64,000 bases of DNA from Eledone cirrhosa (Eukaryota), in contig OZ024745.1 in assembly GCA_964016885.1 (NCBI GenBank), positions 7,254,001-7,318,000 of the forward strand, given 5' to 3'. This document shows, piece after piece, positions 15,001-29,110 of this stretch (its first letter is position 1; each line of letters opens with the position of its first letter). The translations under genes were made by a program, and so were the position numbers. The notes under the pieces were generated by a model. That model searched no databases. It had not been told where the DNA came from and worked only from the letters and a program-made list of their open reading frames with translations.

Positions 15001-18000
15001 CCCCCCCCCATTGACAGCAGCACTTGGTAATAGGCAGTCACTCCCCCCCATTGATAGCAGCACTTGGTAATAGGCAGTTACTCTCCCCCCATTGATAGCA
15101 GCACTTGGTAATAGGTAGTCACTCTCCCCCCATTGATAGCAGCACTTGGTAATAGGCAGTCACTCCCCCCATTGATAGCAGCACTTGGTAATAGGCAGTC
15201 ATTCCCCCCCATTGATAGCAGCACTTGGTAACAGGAAGTCACTCCCCCCCATTGATAGCAGCACTTGGTAATAGGCAGTCTTTCCCCCCCATTGATAGCA
15301 GCACTTGGTAATAGGCAGTCACCCCCCCCCCATTGATAGCAGCACTTGGTAATAGGTAGTCACTCTCCCCCATTGATAGCAGCACTTGGTAATAGGCAGT
15401 CACCCCCCCCCATTGATAGCAGCACTTGGTAATAGGCAGTCACTCCCCCCCCATTAATAGCAGCACTTGGTAATAGGTAGTCACTCTCCCCCCATTGATA
15501 TCAGCACTTGGTAATAAGCAGTCACTCCCCCCCATTGACAACAGCACTTGGTAATAGGAAGTCACTCCCCCCCATTGATAGCAGCACTTGGTAATAGGCA
15601 GTCACTCCCCCCCCATTGATAGCAGCACTTGGTAATAGGTAGTCACTCTCCCCCCATTGATAGCAGCACTTGGTAATAGGCAGTCACTCCCCCATTGATA
15701 GAAGCACTTGGTAATAGGCAGTCACTCCCCCCATTGATAGCAGCACTTGGTAATAGGAAGTGACCCCCCCCCCCCATTGATAGCAAAACTTGGTAATAGG
15801 TAGTCACTCTCCCCACATTGATAGCAGCACTTGGTAATAGGCAGTCACTCTCCCCACATTGATAGCAGCACTTGGTAATAGGCAGTCACTCCCCCCCCAT
15901 TGATAGCAGCACTTGGTAATAGGTTGTCACTCTCCCCCCATTGATAGCAGCACTTGGTAATAGGCAGTCACTCCCCCCCATTGATAGCAGCACTTGGTAA
16001 TAGGCAGTCACTCCCCCTCCCTACCATTGATAGCAGCACTTGGTAATAGGCAGTCACTCCCCCCATTGATAGCAGCACTTGGTAATAGGAAGTAACTCCC
16101 CCCCGCATTGATAGCAGCACTTGGTAATAGGCAGTCACTCCCCCCCATTGATAGAAGCACTTGGTAATAGGCAGTCACTCCCCCCATTGATAGCAGCACT
16201 TGGTAATAGGCAGTCACTCTCCCCCCATTGATAGCAGCACTTGGTAATAGGAAGTCACTCCCCCCCATTGATAGCAGCACTTGGTAATAGGCAGTCACTC
16301 CCCCCATTGATAGCAGCACTTGGTAATAGGCAGTCACTCCCCCCATTGATAGCAGTACTTGGTAATAGGTAGTCACTCTCCCCCCATTGATATCAGCACT
16401 TGGTAATAGGCAGTCACTCCCCCCCCCCATTGACAGCAGCACTTGGTAATAGGCAGTCACTCCCCCCCATTGATAGCAGCACTTGGTAATAGGCAGTTAC
16501 TCTCCCCCCATTGATAGCAGCACTTGGTAATAGGTAGTCACTCTCCCCCCATTGATAGCAGCACTTGGTAATAGGCAGTCACTCCCCCCGTTGATAGCAG
16601 CACTTGGTAATAGGCAGTCATTCCCCCCATTGATAGCAGCACTTGGTAACAGGAAGTCACTCCCCCCCATTGATAGCAGCACTTGGTAATAGGCAGTCAC
16701 CCCCCCCATTGATAGCAGCACTTGGTAATAGGCAGTCACCCCCCCCCCCCCCATTGATAGCAGCACTTGGTAATAGGTAGTCACTCTCCCCCATTGATAG
16801 CAGCACTTGGTAATAGGCAGTCACCACCCCCCATTGATAGCAGCACTTGGTAATAGGCAGTCACTCCCCCCCATTGATAGCAGCACTTGGTAATAGGCAG
16901 TAACTCTCCCCATTGATAGCAGCACTTGGTAATAGGCAGTCACTCTCCCCATTGATAAGAGCACTTGGTAATAGGAATAACTCCCCCCCCGCATTGATAG
17001 CAGCACTTGGTATTAGGCAGTCACTCCCTCCCATTGATAGCAGCACTTGGTAATAGGCAGTCACTCCCCCCATTGATAGCAGCACTTGGTAATAGGTAGT
17101 CACTCCCCCCCATTGATAGCAGCACTTGGTAATAGGCAGTCACTCCCCCCCCATTGATAGAAGCACTTGGTAATAGGTTGTCACTCTCCCCCCATTGATA
17201 GCAGCACTTGGTAATAGGCAGTCACTCCCCCCCCATTGATAGCAGCACTTGGTAATAGGCAGTCACTCTCCCCATTGATAGCAGCACTTGGTAATAGGCA
17301 GTCACTCTCCCCATTGATAGCAGCACTTGGTAATAGGAAGTAACTCCCCCCCCCCCCCGCATTGATAGCAGCACTTGGTAATAGGCAGTCACTCCCTTCC
17401 ATTGATAGCAGCACTTGGTAATAGGCAGTCACTCCCCCCATTGCTAGCAGCACTTGGTAATAGGCAGTCATTCCCCTCCCTCCCATTGATAGCAAAACTT
17501 GGTAATAGGCAGTCACCCCCCCATTGATAGCAGCACTTGGTAATAGGCAGTCACTCCCCCTACCTCCCATTGATAGCAGCACTTGGTAATAGGCAGTCAC
17601 TCCCCCCATTGATAGCAGCACTTGGTAATAAGCAGTCACTCCCCCCATTGATAGCAGCACTTGGTAATAGGAAGTCACTCCCCCCCCCCCGCATTGATAG
17701 CAGCACTTGGTAATAGGCAGTCACTCCCCCCCATTGATAGCAAAACTTGGTAATAGGCAGTCACTCACCCCCATTGATAGCAGCACTTGGTAATAGGCAG
17801 TCACTCCCCCTCCCTCCCATTGATAGCAAAACTTGGTAATAGGCAGTCACTCCCCGCATTGATGGCAGCACTTGGTAATAGGCAGTCACTCCCCCCCATT
17901 GATAGCAGCACTTGGTAATAGGCAGTCACTCCCCCCATTGATAGCAGCACTTGGTAATAGGAAGTAACTCCCCCCCCGCATTGATAGCAGCACTTGGTAA

Positions 18001-21000
18001 TAGGCAGTCACTCCCCCCCATTGATAGAAGCACTTGGTAATAGGCAGTCACTCCCCCCATTGATAGCAGCACTTGGTAATAGGAAGTAACTCCCCCCCCC
18101 CGCATTGATAGCAGCACTTGGTAATAGGCAGTCACTCCCCCCCATTGATAGCAGCACTTGGTAATAGGCAGTCACTCCCCCCATTGATAGCAGCACTTGG
18201 TAATAGGCAGTCACTCCCCCCATTGATAGCAGTACTTGGTAATAGGTAGTCACTCTCCCCCCATTGATATCAGCACTTGGTAATAGGCAGTCACTCCCCC
18301 CCCCCATTGACAGCAGCACTTGGTAATAGGCAGTCACTCCCCCCCATTGATAGCAGCACTTGGTAATAGGCAGTTACTCTCCCCCCATTGATAGCAGCAC
18401 TTGGTAATAGGTAGTCACTCTCCCCCCATTGATAGCAGCACTTGGTAATAGGCAGTCATTCCCCCCCATTGATAGCAGCACTTGGTAATAGGCAGTCACT
18501 CCCCCCATTGATAGCAGCACTTGGTAATAGGCAGTCACTCCCCCCATTGATAGCAGTACTTGGTAATAGGTAGTCACTCTCGCCCCATTGATATCAGCAC
18601 TTGGTAATAGGCAGTCACTCCCCCCATTGATAGCAGCACTTGGTAATAGGCAGTCATTCCCCCCCATTGATAGCAGCACTTGGTAACAGGAAGTCACTCC
18701 CCCCCATTGATAGCAGCACTTGGTAATAGGCAGTCACTCCCCCCCATTGATAGCAGCACTTGGTAATAGGCAGTCACCCCCCCCCCATTGATAGCAGCAC
18801 TTGGTAATAGGTAGTCACTCTCCCCCATTGATAGCAGCACTTGGTAATAGGCAGTCACCACCCCCCATTGATAGCAGCACTTTGTAATAGGCAGTCACTC
18901 CCCCCCATTAATAGCAGCACTTGGTAATAGGTAGTCACTCTCCCCCCATTGATAGCAGCACTTGGTAATAGGCAGTCACTCCCCCCATTGATAGCAGCAC
19001 TTGGTAATAGGCAGTCACTCCCCCCCATTGATAGCAGCACTTGGTAATAGGCAGTAACTCCCCCCATTGATAAGAGCACTTGGTAATAGGAATAACCCCC
19101 CCCCCCGCATTGATAGCAGCACTTGGTAATAGGCAGTCACTCCCTCCCATTGATAGCAGCACTTGGTAATAGGCAGTCACTCCCCCCATTGATAGCAGCA
19201 CTTGGTAATAGGTAGTCACTCCGCCCCATTGATAGCAGCACTTGGTAATAGGCAGTCACTCCCCCCCATTGATAGAAGCACTTGGTAATAGGTTGTCACT
19301 CTCCCCCCATTGATAGCAGCACTTGGTAATAGGCAGTCACTCCCCCCCCCATTGATAGCAGCACTTGGTAATAGGCAGTCACTCTCCCCATTGATAGCAG
19401 CACTTGGTAATAGGCAGTCACTCTCCCCATTGATAGCAGCACTTGGTAATAGGAAGTAACTCCCCCCCCCGCATTGATAGCAGCACTTGGTAATAGGCAG
19501 TCACTCCCTTCCATTGATAGCAGCACTTGGTAATAGGCAGTCACTCCCCCCATTGCTAGCAGCACTTGGTAATAGGCAGTCATTCCCCTCCCTCCCATTG
19601 ATAGCAAAACTTGGTAATAGGCAGTCACCCCCCCATTGATAGCAGCACTTGGTAATAGGCAGTCACTCCCCCTACCTCCCATTGATAGCAGCACTTGGTA
19701 ATAGGCAGTCACTCCCCCCATTGATAGCAGCACTTGGTAATAGGCAGTCACTCCCCCCATTGATAGCAGCACTTGGTAATAGGAAGTCACTCCCCCCCCC
19801 CGCATTGATAGCAGCACTTGGTAATAGGCAGTCACTCCCCCCATTGATAGCAAAACTTGGTAATAGGCAGTCACTCACCCCCATTGATAGCAGCACTTGG
19901 TAATAGGCAGTCACTCCCCCTCCCTCCCATTGATAGCAAAACTTGGTAATAGGCAGTCACTCCCCGCATTGATGGCAGCACTTGGTAATAGGCAGTCACT
20001 CCCCCCCATTGATAGCAGCACTTGGTAATAGGCAGTCACTCTCCCCCCATTGATAGCAGCACTTGGTAATAGGCAGTCACTCCCCCCATTGATAGCAGCA
20101 CTTGGTAATAGGCAGTCACTCCCCCCATTGATAACAGCACTTGGTAATAGGCAGTCACTCCCCCCCCCATTGATAGCAGCACTTAGTAATAGGCAGTCAC
20201 TCCCCCCACATTGATAGCAGCACTTGGTAAGTTGGCAGTCACTCCCCCACATTGATAGCAGCACTTGGTAATACGCAGTGACTCTCCCCCCATTGATAGC
20301 AGCACTTGGTAATAGGCAGTCACTCCCCCCATTGATAGCAGCACTTGGTAATAGGCAGTCACTCCCCCCAATTGATAGCAGCACTTGGTAATAGGAAGTC
20401 ACTCCCCCCATTGATAGCAGCACTTGGTAATAGGCAGTCACTCCCCACATTGATAGCAGCACTTGGTAATAGGCAGTCACTCTCCCCACATTGATAGCAG
20501 CACTTGGTAATAGGCAGTCACTCCCCCCCCATTGATAGCAGCACTTGGTAATAGGTTGTCACTCTCCCCCCATTGATAGCAGCACTTGGTAATAGGCAGT
20601 CACTCCCCCCATTGATAGCAGCACTTGGTAATAGGCAGTCACTCCCCCTCCCTACCATTGATAGCAGCACTTGGTAATAGGTTGTCACTCTCCCCCAATT
20701 GATAGCAGCACTTGGTAATAGGCAGTCACTCCCCCCATTGATAGCAGCACTTGGTAATAGGAAGTAACTCCCCCCCCGCATTGATAGCAGCACTTGGTAA
20801 TAGGCAGTCACTCCCCCCCATTGATAGAAGCACTTGGTAATAGACAACACTCCCCCATTGATAGCAGCACTTGGTAATAGGCAGTCACTCTCCCCCCATT
20901 GATAGCAGCACTTGGTAATAGGAAGTCACTCCCCCCCATTGATAGCAGCACTTGGTAATAGGCAGTCACTCCCCCCATTGATAGCAGCACTTGGTAATAG

Positions 21001-24000
21001 GCAGTCACTCCCCCCATTGATAGCAGTACTTGGTAATAGGTAGTCACTCTCCCCCCATTGATATCAGCACTTGGTAATAGGCAGTCACTCCCCCCCATTG
21101 ACAGCAGCACTTGGTAATAGGCAGTCACTCCCCCCCATTGATAGCAGCACTTGGTAATAGGCAGTTACTCTCCCCCCATTGATAGCAGCACTTGGTAATA
21201 GGTAGTCACTCTCCCCCCATTGATAGCAGCACTTGGTAATAGGCAGTCACTCCCCCCATTGATAGCAGCACTTGGTAATAGGCAGTCATTCCCCCCCATT
21301 GATAGCAGCACTTGGTAACAGGAAGTCACTCCCCCCCATTGATAGCAGCACTTGGTAATAGGCAGTCACTCCCCCCCATTGATAGCAGCACTTGGTAATA
21401 GGCAGTCACCCCCCCCATTGATAGCAGCACTTGGTAATAGGTAGTCACTCTCCCCCATTGATAGCAGCACTTGGTAATAGGCAGTCACCACCCCCCATTG
21501 ATAGCAGCACTTGGTAATAGGCAGTCACTCCCCCCCTTAATAGCAGCACTTGGTAATAGGTAGTCACTCTCCCCCCATTGATAGCAGCACTTGGTAATAG
21601 GCAGTCACTCCCCCCCATTGATAGCAGCACTTGGTAATAGGCAGTCACTCCCCTCCATTGATAGCAGCACTTGGTAATAGGCAGTAACTCCCCCCATTGA
21701 TAAGAGCACTTGGTAATAGGAATAACTCCCCCCCCCCCGCATTGATAGCAGCACTTGGTAATAGGCAGTCACTCCCTCCCATTGATAGCAGCACTTGGTA
21801 ATAGGCAGTCACTCCCCCCATTGATAGCAGCACTTGGTAATAGGTAGTCACTCCCCCCCATTGATAGCAGCACTTGGTAATAGGCAGTCACTCCCCCCCA
21901 TTGATAGAAGCACTTGGTAATAGGTTGTCACTCTCCCCCCATTGATAGCAGCACTTGGTAATAGGCAGTCACTCCCCCCCCCATTGATAGCAGCACTTGG
22001 TAATAGGCAGTCACTCTCCCCATTGATAGCAGCACTTGGTAATAGGCAGTCACTCTCCCCATTGATAGCAGCACTTGGTAATAGGAAGTAACTCCCCCCC
22101 GCATTGATAGCAGCACTTGGTAATAGGCAGTCACTCCCTTCCATTGATAGCAGCACTTGGTAATAGGCAGTCACTCCCCCCATTGCTAGCAGCACTTGGT
22201 AATAGGCAGTCATTCCCCTCCCTCCCATTGATAGCAAAACTTGGTAATAGGCAGTCACCCCCCCATTGATAGCAGCACTTGGTAATAGGCAGTCACTCCC
22301 CCTACCTTCCATTGATAGCAGCACTTGGTAATAGGCAGTCACTCCCCCCATTGATAGCAGCACTTGGTAATAGGCAGTCACTCCCCCCATTGATAGCAGC
22401 ACTTGGTAATAGGAAGTCACTCCCCCCCCGCATTGATAGCAGCACTTGGTAATAGGCAGTCACTCCCCCCATTGATAGCAAAACTTGGTAATAGGCAGTC
22501 ACTCACCCCCATTGATAGCAGCACTTGGTAATAGGCAGTCACTCCCCCTCCCTCCCATTGATAGCAAAACTTGGTAATAGGCAGTCACTCCCCGCATTGA
22601 TGGCAGCACTTGGTAATAGGCAGTCACTCCCCCCCATTGATAGCAGCACTTGGTAATAGGCAGTCACTCTCCCCCCATTGATAGCAGCACTTGGTAATAG
22701 GCAGTCACTCCCCCCATTGATAGCAGCACTTGGTAATAGGCAGTCACTCCCCCCATTGATAACAGCACTTGGTAATAGGCAGTCACTCCCCCCCATTGAT
22801 AGCAGCACTTTGTAATAGGCAGTCACTCCCCCCACATTGATAGCAGCACTTGGTAAGTTGGCAGTCACTCCCCCACATTGATAGCAGCACTTGGTAATAG
22901 GCAGTGACTCTCCCCCCATTGATAGCAGCACTTGGTAATAGGCAGTCACTCCCCCCATTGATAGCAGCACTTGGTAATAGGCAGTCACTCCCCCCAATTG
23001 ATAGCAGCACTTGGTAATAGGAAGTCACTCCCCCCATTGATAGCAGCACTTGGTAATAGGCAGTCACTCCCCCCATTGATAGCAGCACTTGGTAATAGGT
23101 AGTCACTCTCCCCCCATTGATATAAGCACTTGGTAATAGGCAGTCACTCCCCCCCATTGATAGCAGCACTTGGTAATAGGCAGTCACTCCCCCCCCCATT
23201 GATAGCAGCACTTGGTAATAGGCAGTCACTCCCCCCCCATTGATAGCAGCACTTGGTAATAGGAAGTCACTCCCCCCCATTGATAGCAGCACTTGGTAAT
23301 AGGCAGTCACTCCCCCCATTGATAGCAGCACTTGGTAATAGGCAGTCACTCCCCCATTGATAGCAGCACTTGGTAATAGGCAGTCACTCACCCCCATTGA
23401 TAGCAGCACTTGGTAATAGGCAGTCACTCTCCCCCCATTGATAGCAGCACTTGGTAATAGGCAGTCACTCCCCCCCATTGATAGCAGCACTTGGTAATAG
23501 GCAGTCACTCCCCCCCCCCATTGATAGCAGCACTTGGTAATAGGCAGTCACTCCCCCCCATTGATAGCAGCACTTGGTAATAGGCAGTCACTCCCCCCAT
23601 TGATAGCAGCACTTGGTAATAGGCAGTCACTCCCCCCCATTGATAGCAGCACTTGGTAATAGGAAGTCACTCCCCCCCATTGATAGCAGCACTTGGTAAT
23701 AGGCAGTCACCCCCCCCCCCCATTGATAGCAGCACTTGGTAATAGGTAGTCACTCTCCCCCATTGATAGCAGCACTTGGTAATAGGCAGTCACCACCCCC
23801 CATTGATAGCAGCACTTGGTAATAGGCAGTCACTCCCCCCCATTAATAGCAGCACTTGGTAATAGGAAGTCACTCCCCCCATTGATAGCAGCACTTGGTA
23901 ATAGGCAGTCACTCCCCCCCATTGATAGCAGCACTTGATAATAGGCAGTCACTCCCCCCATTGATAGCAGCACTTGGTAATAGGCAGTCGCTCCCCCCCA

Positions 24001-26138
24001 TTGATAGCAGCACTTGGTAATAGGCAGTCACTCACCCCCATTGATAGCAGCACTTGGTAATAGGTAGTCACTCTCCCCACATTGATATCAGCACTTGGTA
24101 ATAGGAAGTCACTCTCCCCATTGATAGCAGCACTTGGTAATAGGCAGTCACCCCCCCCCCTCCAATTGATAGCAGCACTTGGTAATAGGTAGTCACTCTC
24201 CCCCATTGATAGCAGCACTTGGTAATAGGCAGTCACTCCCCCCCATTGATAGCAGCACTTGGTAATAGGCAGTCACTCCCCCCCATTGATAGCAGCACTT
24301 GGTAATAGGCAGTCACTCCCCCCATTGATAGCAGCACTTGGTAATAGGAAGTCACTCTCCCCATTGATAGCAGCACTTGGTAATAGGCAGTCACTCCCCC
24401 CCATTGATAGCAGCACTTGGTAATAGGCAGTCACTCCCCCCCCCCATTGATAGCAGCACTTGGTAATAGGCAGTAACTCCCCCCATTGATAGCAGCACTT
24501 GGTAATAGGCAGTCACTCCCCCCCATTGATAGCAGCACTTGGTAATAGGCAGTCACTCCCCCCATTGATAGCAGCACTTGGTAATAGGAAGTCACTCCAC
24601 CCATTGATAGCAGCACTCGGTAATAGGCAGTCACTCCCCCCCCCATTGATAGCAGCACTTGGTAGTAGGCAGTCACTCCCCCCCCATTGATAACAGCACT
24701 TGGTAATAGGCAGTCACTCTCCCCATTGATAGCAGCACTTGGTAATAGGCAGTCACTCCCCCCCCCATTGACAGCAGCACTTGGTAATAGGCAGTCACTC
24801 CCCCCATTGATAGCAGCACTTGGTAATAAGCAGTCACTCCCCCCCATTGATAGCAGCACTTGGTAATAGGCAGTCACCCCCCCCCTCCAATTGATAGCAG
24901 CACTTGGTAATAGGTAGTCACTCTCCCCCATTGATAGCAGCACTTGGTAATAGGCAGTCACTCCCCCATTGATAGCAGCACTTGGTAATAGGCAGTCACT
25001 CCCCCCCATTGATAGCAGCACTTGGTAATAGGCAGTCACTCCCCCCATTGATAGCAGCACTTGGTAATAGGCAGTCACTCCCCCACATTGATAGCAGCAC
25101 TTGGTAATAGGCAGTCACTCCCCCCCCCATTGATAGCAGCACTTGGTAATAGGCAGTAACTCCCCCCCATTGATAGCAGCACTTGGTAATAGGCAGTCAC
25201 TCCCCCCCCATTGATAGCAGCACTTGGTAATAGTCAGTCACTCCCCCCATTGATAGCAGCACTTGGTAATAGGAAGTCACTCCCCCCATTGATAGCAGCA
25301 CTTGGTAATAGGCAGTCACTCCCCCCCCCCATTGATAGCAGCACTTGGTAGTAGGCAGTCACTCCCCCCCATTGATAACAGCACTTGGTAATAGGCAGTC
25401 ACTCTCCCTATTGATAGCAGCACTTGGTAATAGGCAGTCACTCCCCCCCCCATTGACAGCAGCACTTGGTAATAGGCAGTCACTCCCCCCATTGATAGCA
25501 GCACTTGGTAATAGGCAGTCACTCCCCCCATTGATAGCAGCACTTGGTAATAGGCAGTCACTCCCCCCCATTGATAGCACTTGGTAATAGGCAGTCACTC
25601 CCCCCCATTGATAGCAGCACTTGGTAATAGGCAGTGACTCCCCCATTGATAGCAGCACTTGGTAATAGGCAGTGACTCCACCCCATTGATAGCAGCACTT
25701 GGTAATAGGCAGTCACTCCCCCCATTGATAGCAACACTTGGTAATAGGCAGTCACTCCTCACATAGATATCAGCACTTGGTAATAGGCAGTCACACCCCC
25801 CCCCCCATTGATAGCAGCACTTGGTAATAGGCAGTCACTCCTCCCATTGATAGCAGCACTTGGTAATAGGAAGTCACTCTCCCCATTGATAGCAGCACTT
25901 GGTAATAGGCAGTCACTCTCCCCCCATTGATAGCAGCACTTGGTAATAGGCAGTTACTCCCCCCCCCATTGACAGCAGCACTTGGTAATAGGCAGTCACT
26001 CCCCCCCATTGATAGCAGCACTTGGTAATAGGCTGTCACTCCCCCCCATTGATAGCAGCACTTGGTAATAGGCAGTCACTCCCCCCCATTGATAGCAGCA
26101 CTTGGTAATAGGCAGCCACCTCCCCCCATTGACAGCAG
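1..26138. repeat. ~40-bp minisatellite array, consensus CATTGATAGCAGCACTTGGTAATAGGCAGTCACTCCCCCC (variable poly-C), roughly 650 units, continuing beyond the window start
   Basis: Unit repeats without interruption until ...CCCCATTGACAGCAG|AAATGC near 26138. Diagnostic variants recur at fixed spacings (e.g. TGGGA for TGGTA at 861, 6515 and 12233). Confidence 0.98.
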
Positions 26139-26476
26139 AAATGCATTGAACCATTAAGTGGCATATTAAAACCCCTGTAATCAATGTTAAAATCCATTGA
26201 TATTGTTCAATTGAGATGTAACAGAAATATCTGTACCTTCTCCTCGACTCTCTCAATACATATGCACTCCTTGACCTAACGTGTTTTAGTAAATGTGGCC
26301 CTTTATGTAGGTTAAGTCATTTGTTCAAAACCTCCTCCACACATTCTTCATAACATATTTATTCCAGACAAAGTCGTTGATAGTTTTATAAAGAAAAAAA
26401 AAATAAAGAAAAATTCTCTAAACAACTAATGTCTCTCAGGTAAAACAGAAAAGATTTAATTTTTACAGATAAAAAA

Positions 26477-26772
26477 CTTGTCTAGCTGGCGAATTGATAG
26501 AGTTTTTATATCGTTACATTGAGTGCTTTGTGGTATTTGTTTTGGCTCTTTAAGAACAAATCCCAGACAGTACCAGTTAGGTCTTGGAGTTGATTCTTCC
26601 TCTATATCTTTCTCTCATTCTTATACTTTCTATCCTTCTCTGGAAGAAATCTGCTGTAATCAGACCTGGAGAAGAGATGGGCTCTGCTAGGTTTAAAAAT
26701 GTCCAAGAAACGCCATATGTCAGTATGGTGCCCATATGACACCCTCTAGAGTTAAGGGACCAGACATGCATT
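26477..26772 (-). mobile_element. Diverged copy of an interspersed SINE-like repeat; inverted partner of 27203-27490
   Basis: Reverse complement aligns by eye to 27203-27490 (e.g. TTTTAAACCTAGCAGAGCCCATCTCTTCTC vs TTTTAAACCTGGTGGAGCCCATCTCCTCTC; GAGGAAGAATCAACTCCA vs GAGGAAGAATTGACTCCA). Confidence 0.65.
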
Positions 26773-27202
26773 TAAAATGTCAAAAAGTGTACTTTTAGGT
26801 TCCTTTTAAATGGAAGTGTACAAGTTTCTTTTTTTATATGTAACTCAAAATGTGTGCATAAAATAGCTGTAATTATAACTTGGATAGATTAAACCAGCTT
26901 TTGTTGTTTTGTAATAACATCCTGTAATGATTTATCAGAAATTATTTAAAAACGGCTTTGTTAATTCATATGTTCATAGTATCTTTACTAGTGTATACAC
27001 TGTGAAAAGACTTTAATCTATAATGTGATGTAGTCATAGTGCTGTTTTCTACCTTTGAATCTTTCAAGAATACCTTGCTGATCTAGATATTCAAAATCAA
27101 ATTACTGTTCTTCATGAAGTAGGCACAACATATTCTGAAACCATAACTACTGAAAAAGAATAAATATCCCTATTTCTATGTCTACCATAAATAGGATAGG
27201 TT

Positions 27203-27490
27203 TGTATGTATGGACCCAACTCCTGATGGAGTCATAGGGGCACTGTAGTAACATGTAGATTGTCTTTTGCATTTTAAACCTGGTGGAGCCCATCTCCTCT
27301 CTAGCTGATTTCTTTCAAAGAAGAAGTGAGAAAGAGACATGGAGGAAGAATTGACTCCACCACTGGACTGGTACTTTTATTATGGGTCTCAGTTGTTGAC
27401 CTTGGTAGGTTTTGAACCCAGAGAGAGAGCAGAGAGCCAGAATGAATACTGCAAAACATTCTAACGATTCTAGCAATTGGTCATCTAGAA
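27203..27490 (+). mobile_element. Diverged copy of an interspersed SINE-like repeat; inverted partner of 26477-26772
   Basis: Same alignment as above. Contains ACTGGTACTT...GACCTTGGTAGGTTTTGAAC, which resembles the SINE body seen elsewhere in the window. Confidence 0.65.
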
Positions 27491-27970
27491 TAGGTCTACA
27501 CTTGCACTGGTTCTATTGTAAAGAAGAACAATGAAACAAGTCCAGAAATGTTAAAAGTCCAGATGACTGGAGACAGAATTTCTTGTTTTTTGGGGGGAAA
27601 GAAAGAAAAGCATGCCGCAACGGTTGTTTTTATGGCATTTTAATATATAATAAAATAGTTATTACATAATTGTTTAAAGATATCTCTCTTTCTCTCTCTC
27701 TCTCTCTTAGGAGTGTGTATGTGTTAGGCAGAGTAAAGTGACAAACAACACTCAACTTACTGAGAAATTATACATGATTTCTTTTGACCTGTACACTGTT
27801 TACAGCAAGTTACAACTGAAACCAGAGTTTGTTCCACTTAACTGCAAACTGACCTAATTGGAAATTATTTATAAATTGTGGATAACTATAGTTGATCTCC
27901 AACCAGAACTGTTGTCCCAAACATGACTCAGTAAATTAGAACGCTACAAGGTATAATAAGTTGTAGTTTC

Positions 27971-28043
27971 AAGTACTGTGTAAATAGTGTTTTATTGTAA
28001 CACTACAGAAGTACTGTGTAGAGTGTTTTATTGTAACACTACA
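27971..28043. repeat. Two-copy tandem duplication of ~38 bp (AGTACTGTGTA..AGTGTTTTATTGTAACACTACA)
   Basis: Direct repeat visible in the sequence. Confidence 0.8.
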
Positions 28044-28719
28044 AATGGGACATTACATGTTTAAAATGTCCCAGAACTATTGCTGTTATCTAATAAAACA
28101 CTATTTCTCCCCCTCCATGACAGTAAATGAAGAGACTCAGATATGTTGACTAACAGATAAGAGGTGAACCTGTTCCTTGGAAAAAACTGAATTCTTTAGA
28201 ATTCTTGCATTGTGATTCTCAGTTTTTAGAATAGGTTCCTTATCTCTGCCTGTTGTAAGTGGCAAGTAAAACCATTGGTATGAGGATGGCTGTAAAACAT
28301 TGCCTCAAAACATCTTGTCCAGCCCATGCCACTATCGAAATTTGGAGGTTAAAAAAAACTGATTTTTAGATTGATCGTAAACAGAATCTGAAATATTGTT
28401 GTCATCTTTGAGTTATGTATCATCATATTTTTTACATGTTTTACATTGCTATCATGGATTGAATGTTGCACCACTTCTGGTATATGATACAGAAACAGCA
28501 GAGAAAGTTAGACATTTTTATTGTGTTAAATGTTTTTTTATGGTTGGTTGCCTCTCATATATCCACATTACAGTAGAGGCTGTGTGTATTTTATCATACT
28601 ACCAACACTACAGAGGTTTGTCATGACTACAAACTTCTCCCAACCTTGTTTATACCTTTTTCCAAGTGGTATAAATAATGGGAATAGCATAAAGTAGGAC
28701 TCAAAAGTAACCAATTTCG

Positions 28720-29110
28720 AGGTTCATTAAGAGCTTTAACTACTGGGAGAGATGGAGCAATGTGTGACACTGTTAGCTCCTAAAAAAACTCACATAACTC
28801 TGTGAAGTAGATATAACAAGACAAGTAAAGGTCGCCTTTGAAAAAGCGTAGTACCAAATTGGTGACTGGTGCGAATGAGACCTGAAAAATAGCTGGACAC
28901 AACAAGGGTAGTTATACTGCATTGTCCTTCATGTGGGATAACAAGGGGCATGCTCAGGCCTTATGTAGAGGGACTTGTTTGAAAAATATATTGCAGTCTT
29001 CACCCAACGCAAAAACTGGTGATGGGCTTGCGACTTGTCCTGGGAGGCATGGGATAGAAGTACAAAGGGTACATATCCTGACATTCCAGAGAAGGTCTGG
29101 ATGGGAGCAA
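28720..29110 (+). pseudogene. Heavily decayed fragment of an RTE-like LINE RT C-terminal region (tentative)
   Basis: Broken translations such as FIKSFNY and VDITRQVKVAFEK resemble the RTE pattern V..F.YLG / .DI..RI.KA..AF..L. Many frameshifts. Confidence 0.3.

Noticed and set aside
1-26138. CRISPR-like appearance of the 40-bp array
   Set aside because: No unique spacers (only poly-C variation), no cas genes, and a eukaryotic context.
419-26256. Many ORFs such as MTAYYQVLLSMGG and SDCLLPSAAING
   Set aside because: Translations of the satellite; frames shift at random with poly-C length.
27761-27853. Minus-strand exon-like segment with a GTAAGT donor
   Set aside because: From the best acceptor all three frames contain a stop; alternative acceptors give no phase match to the other candidates.
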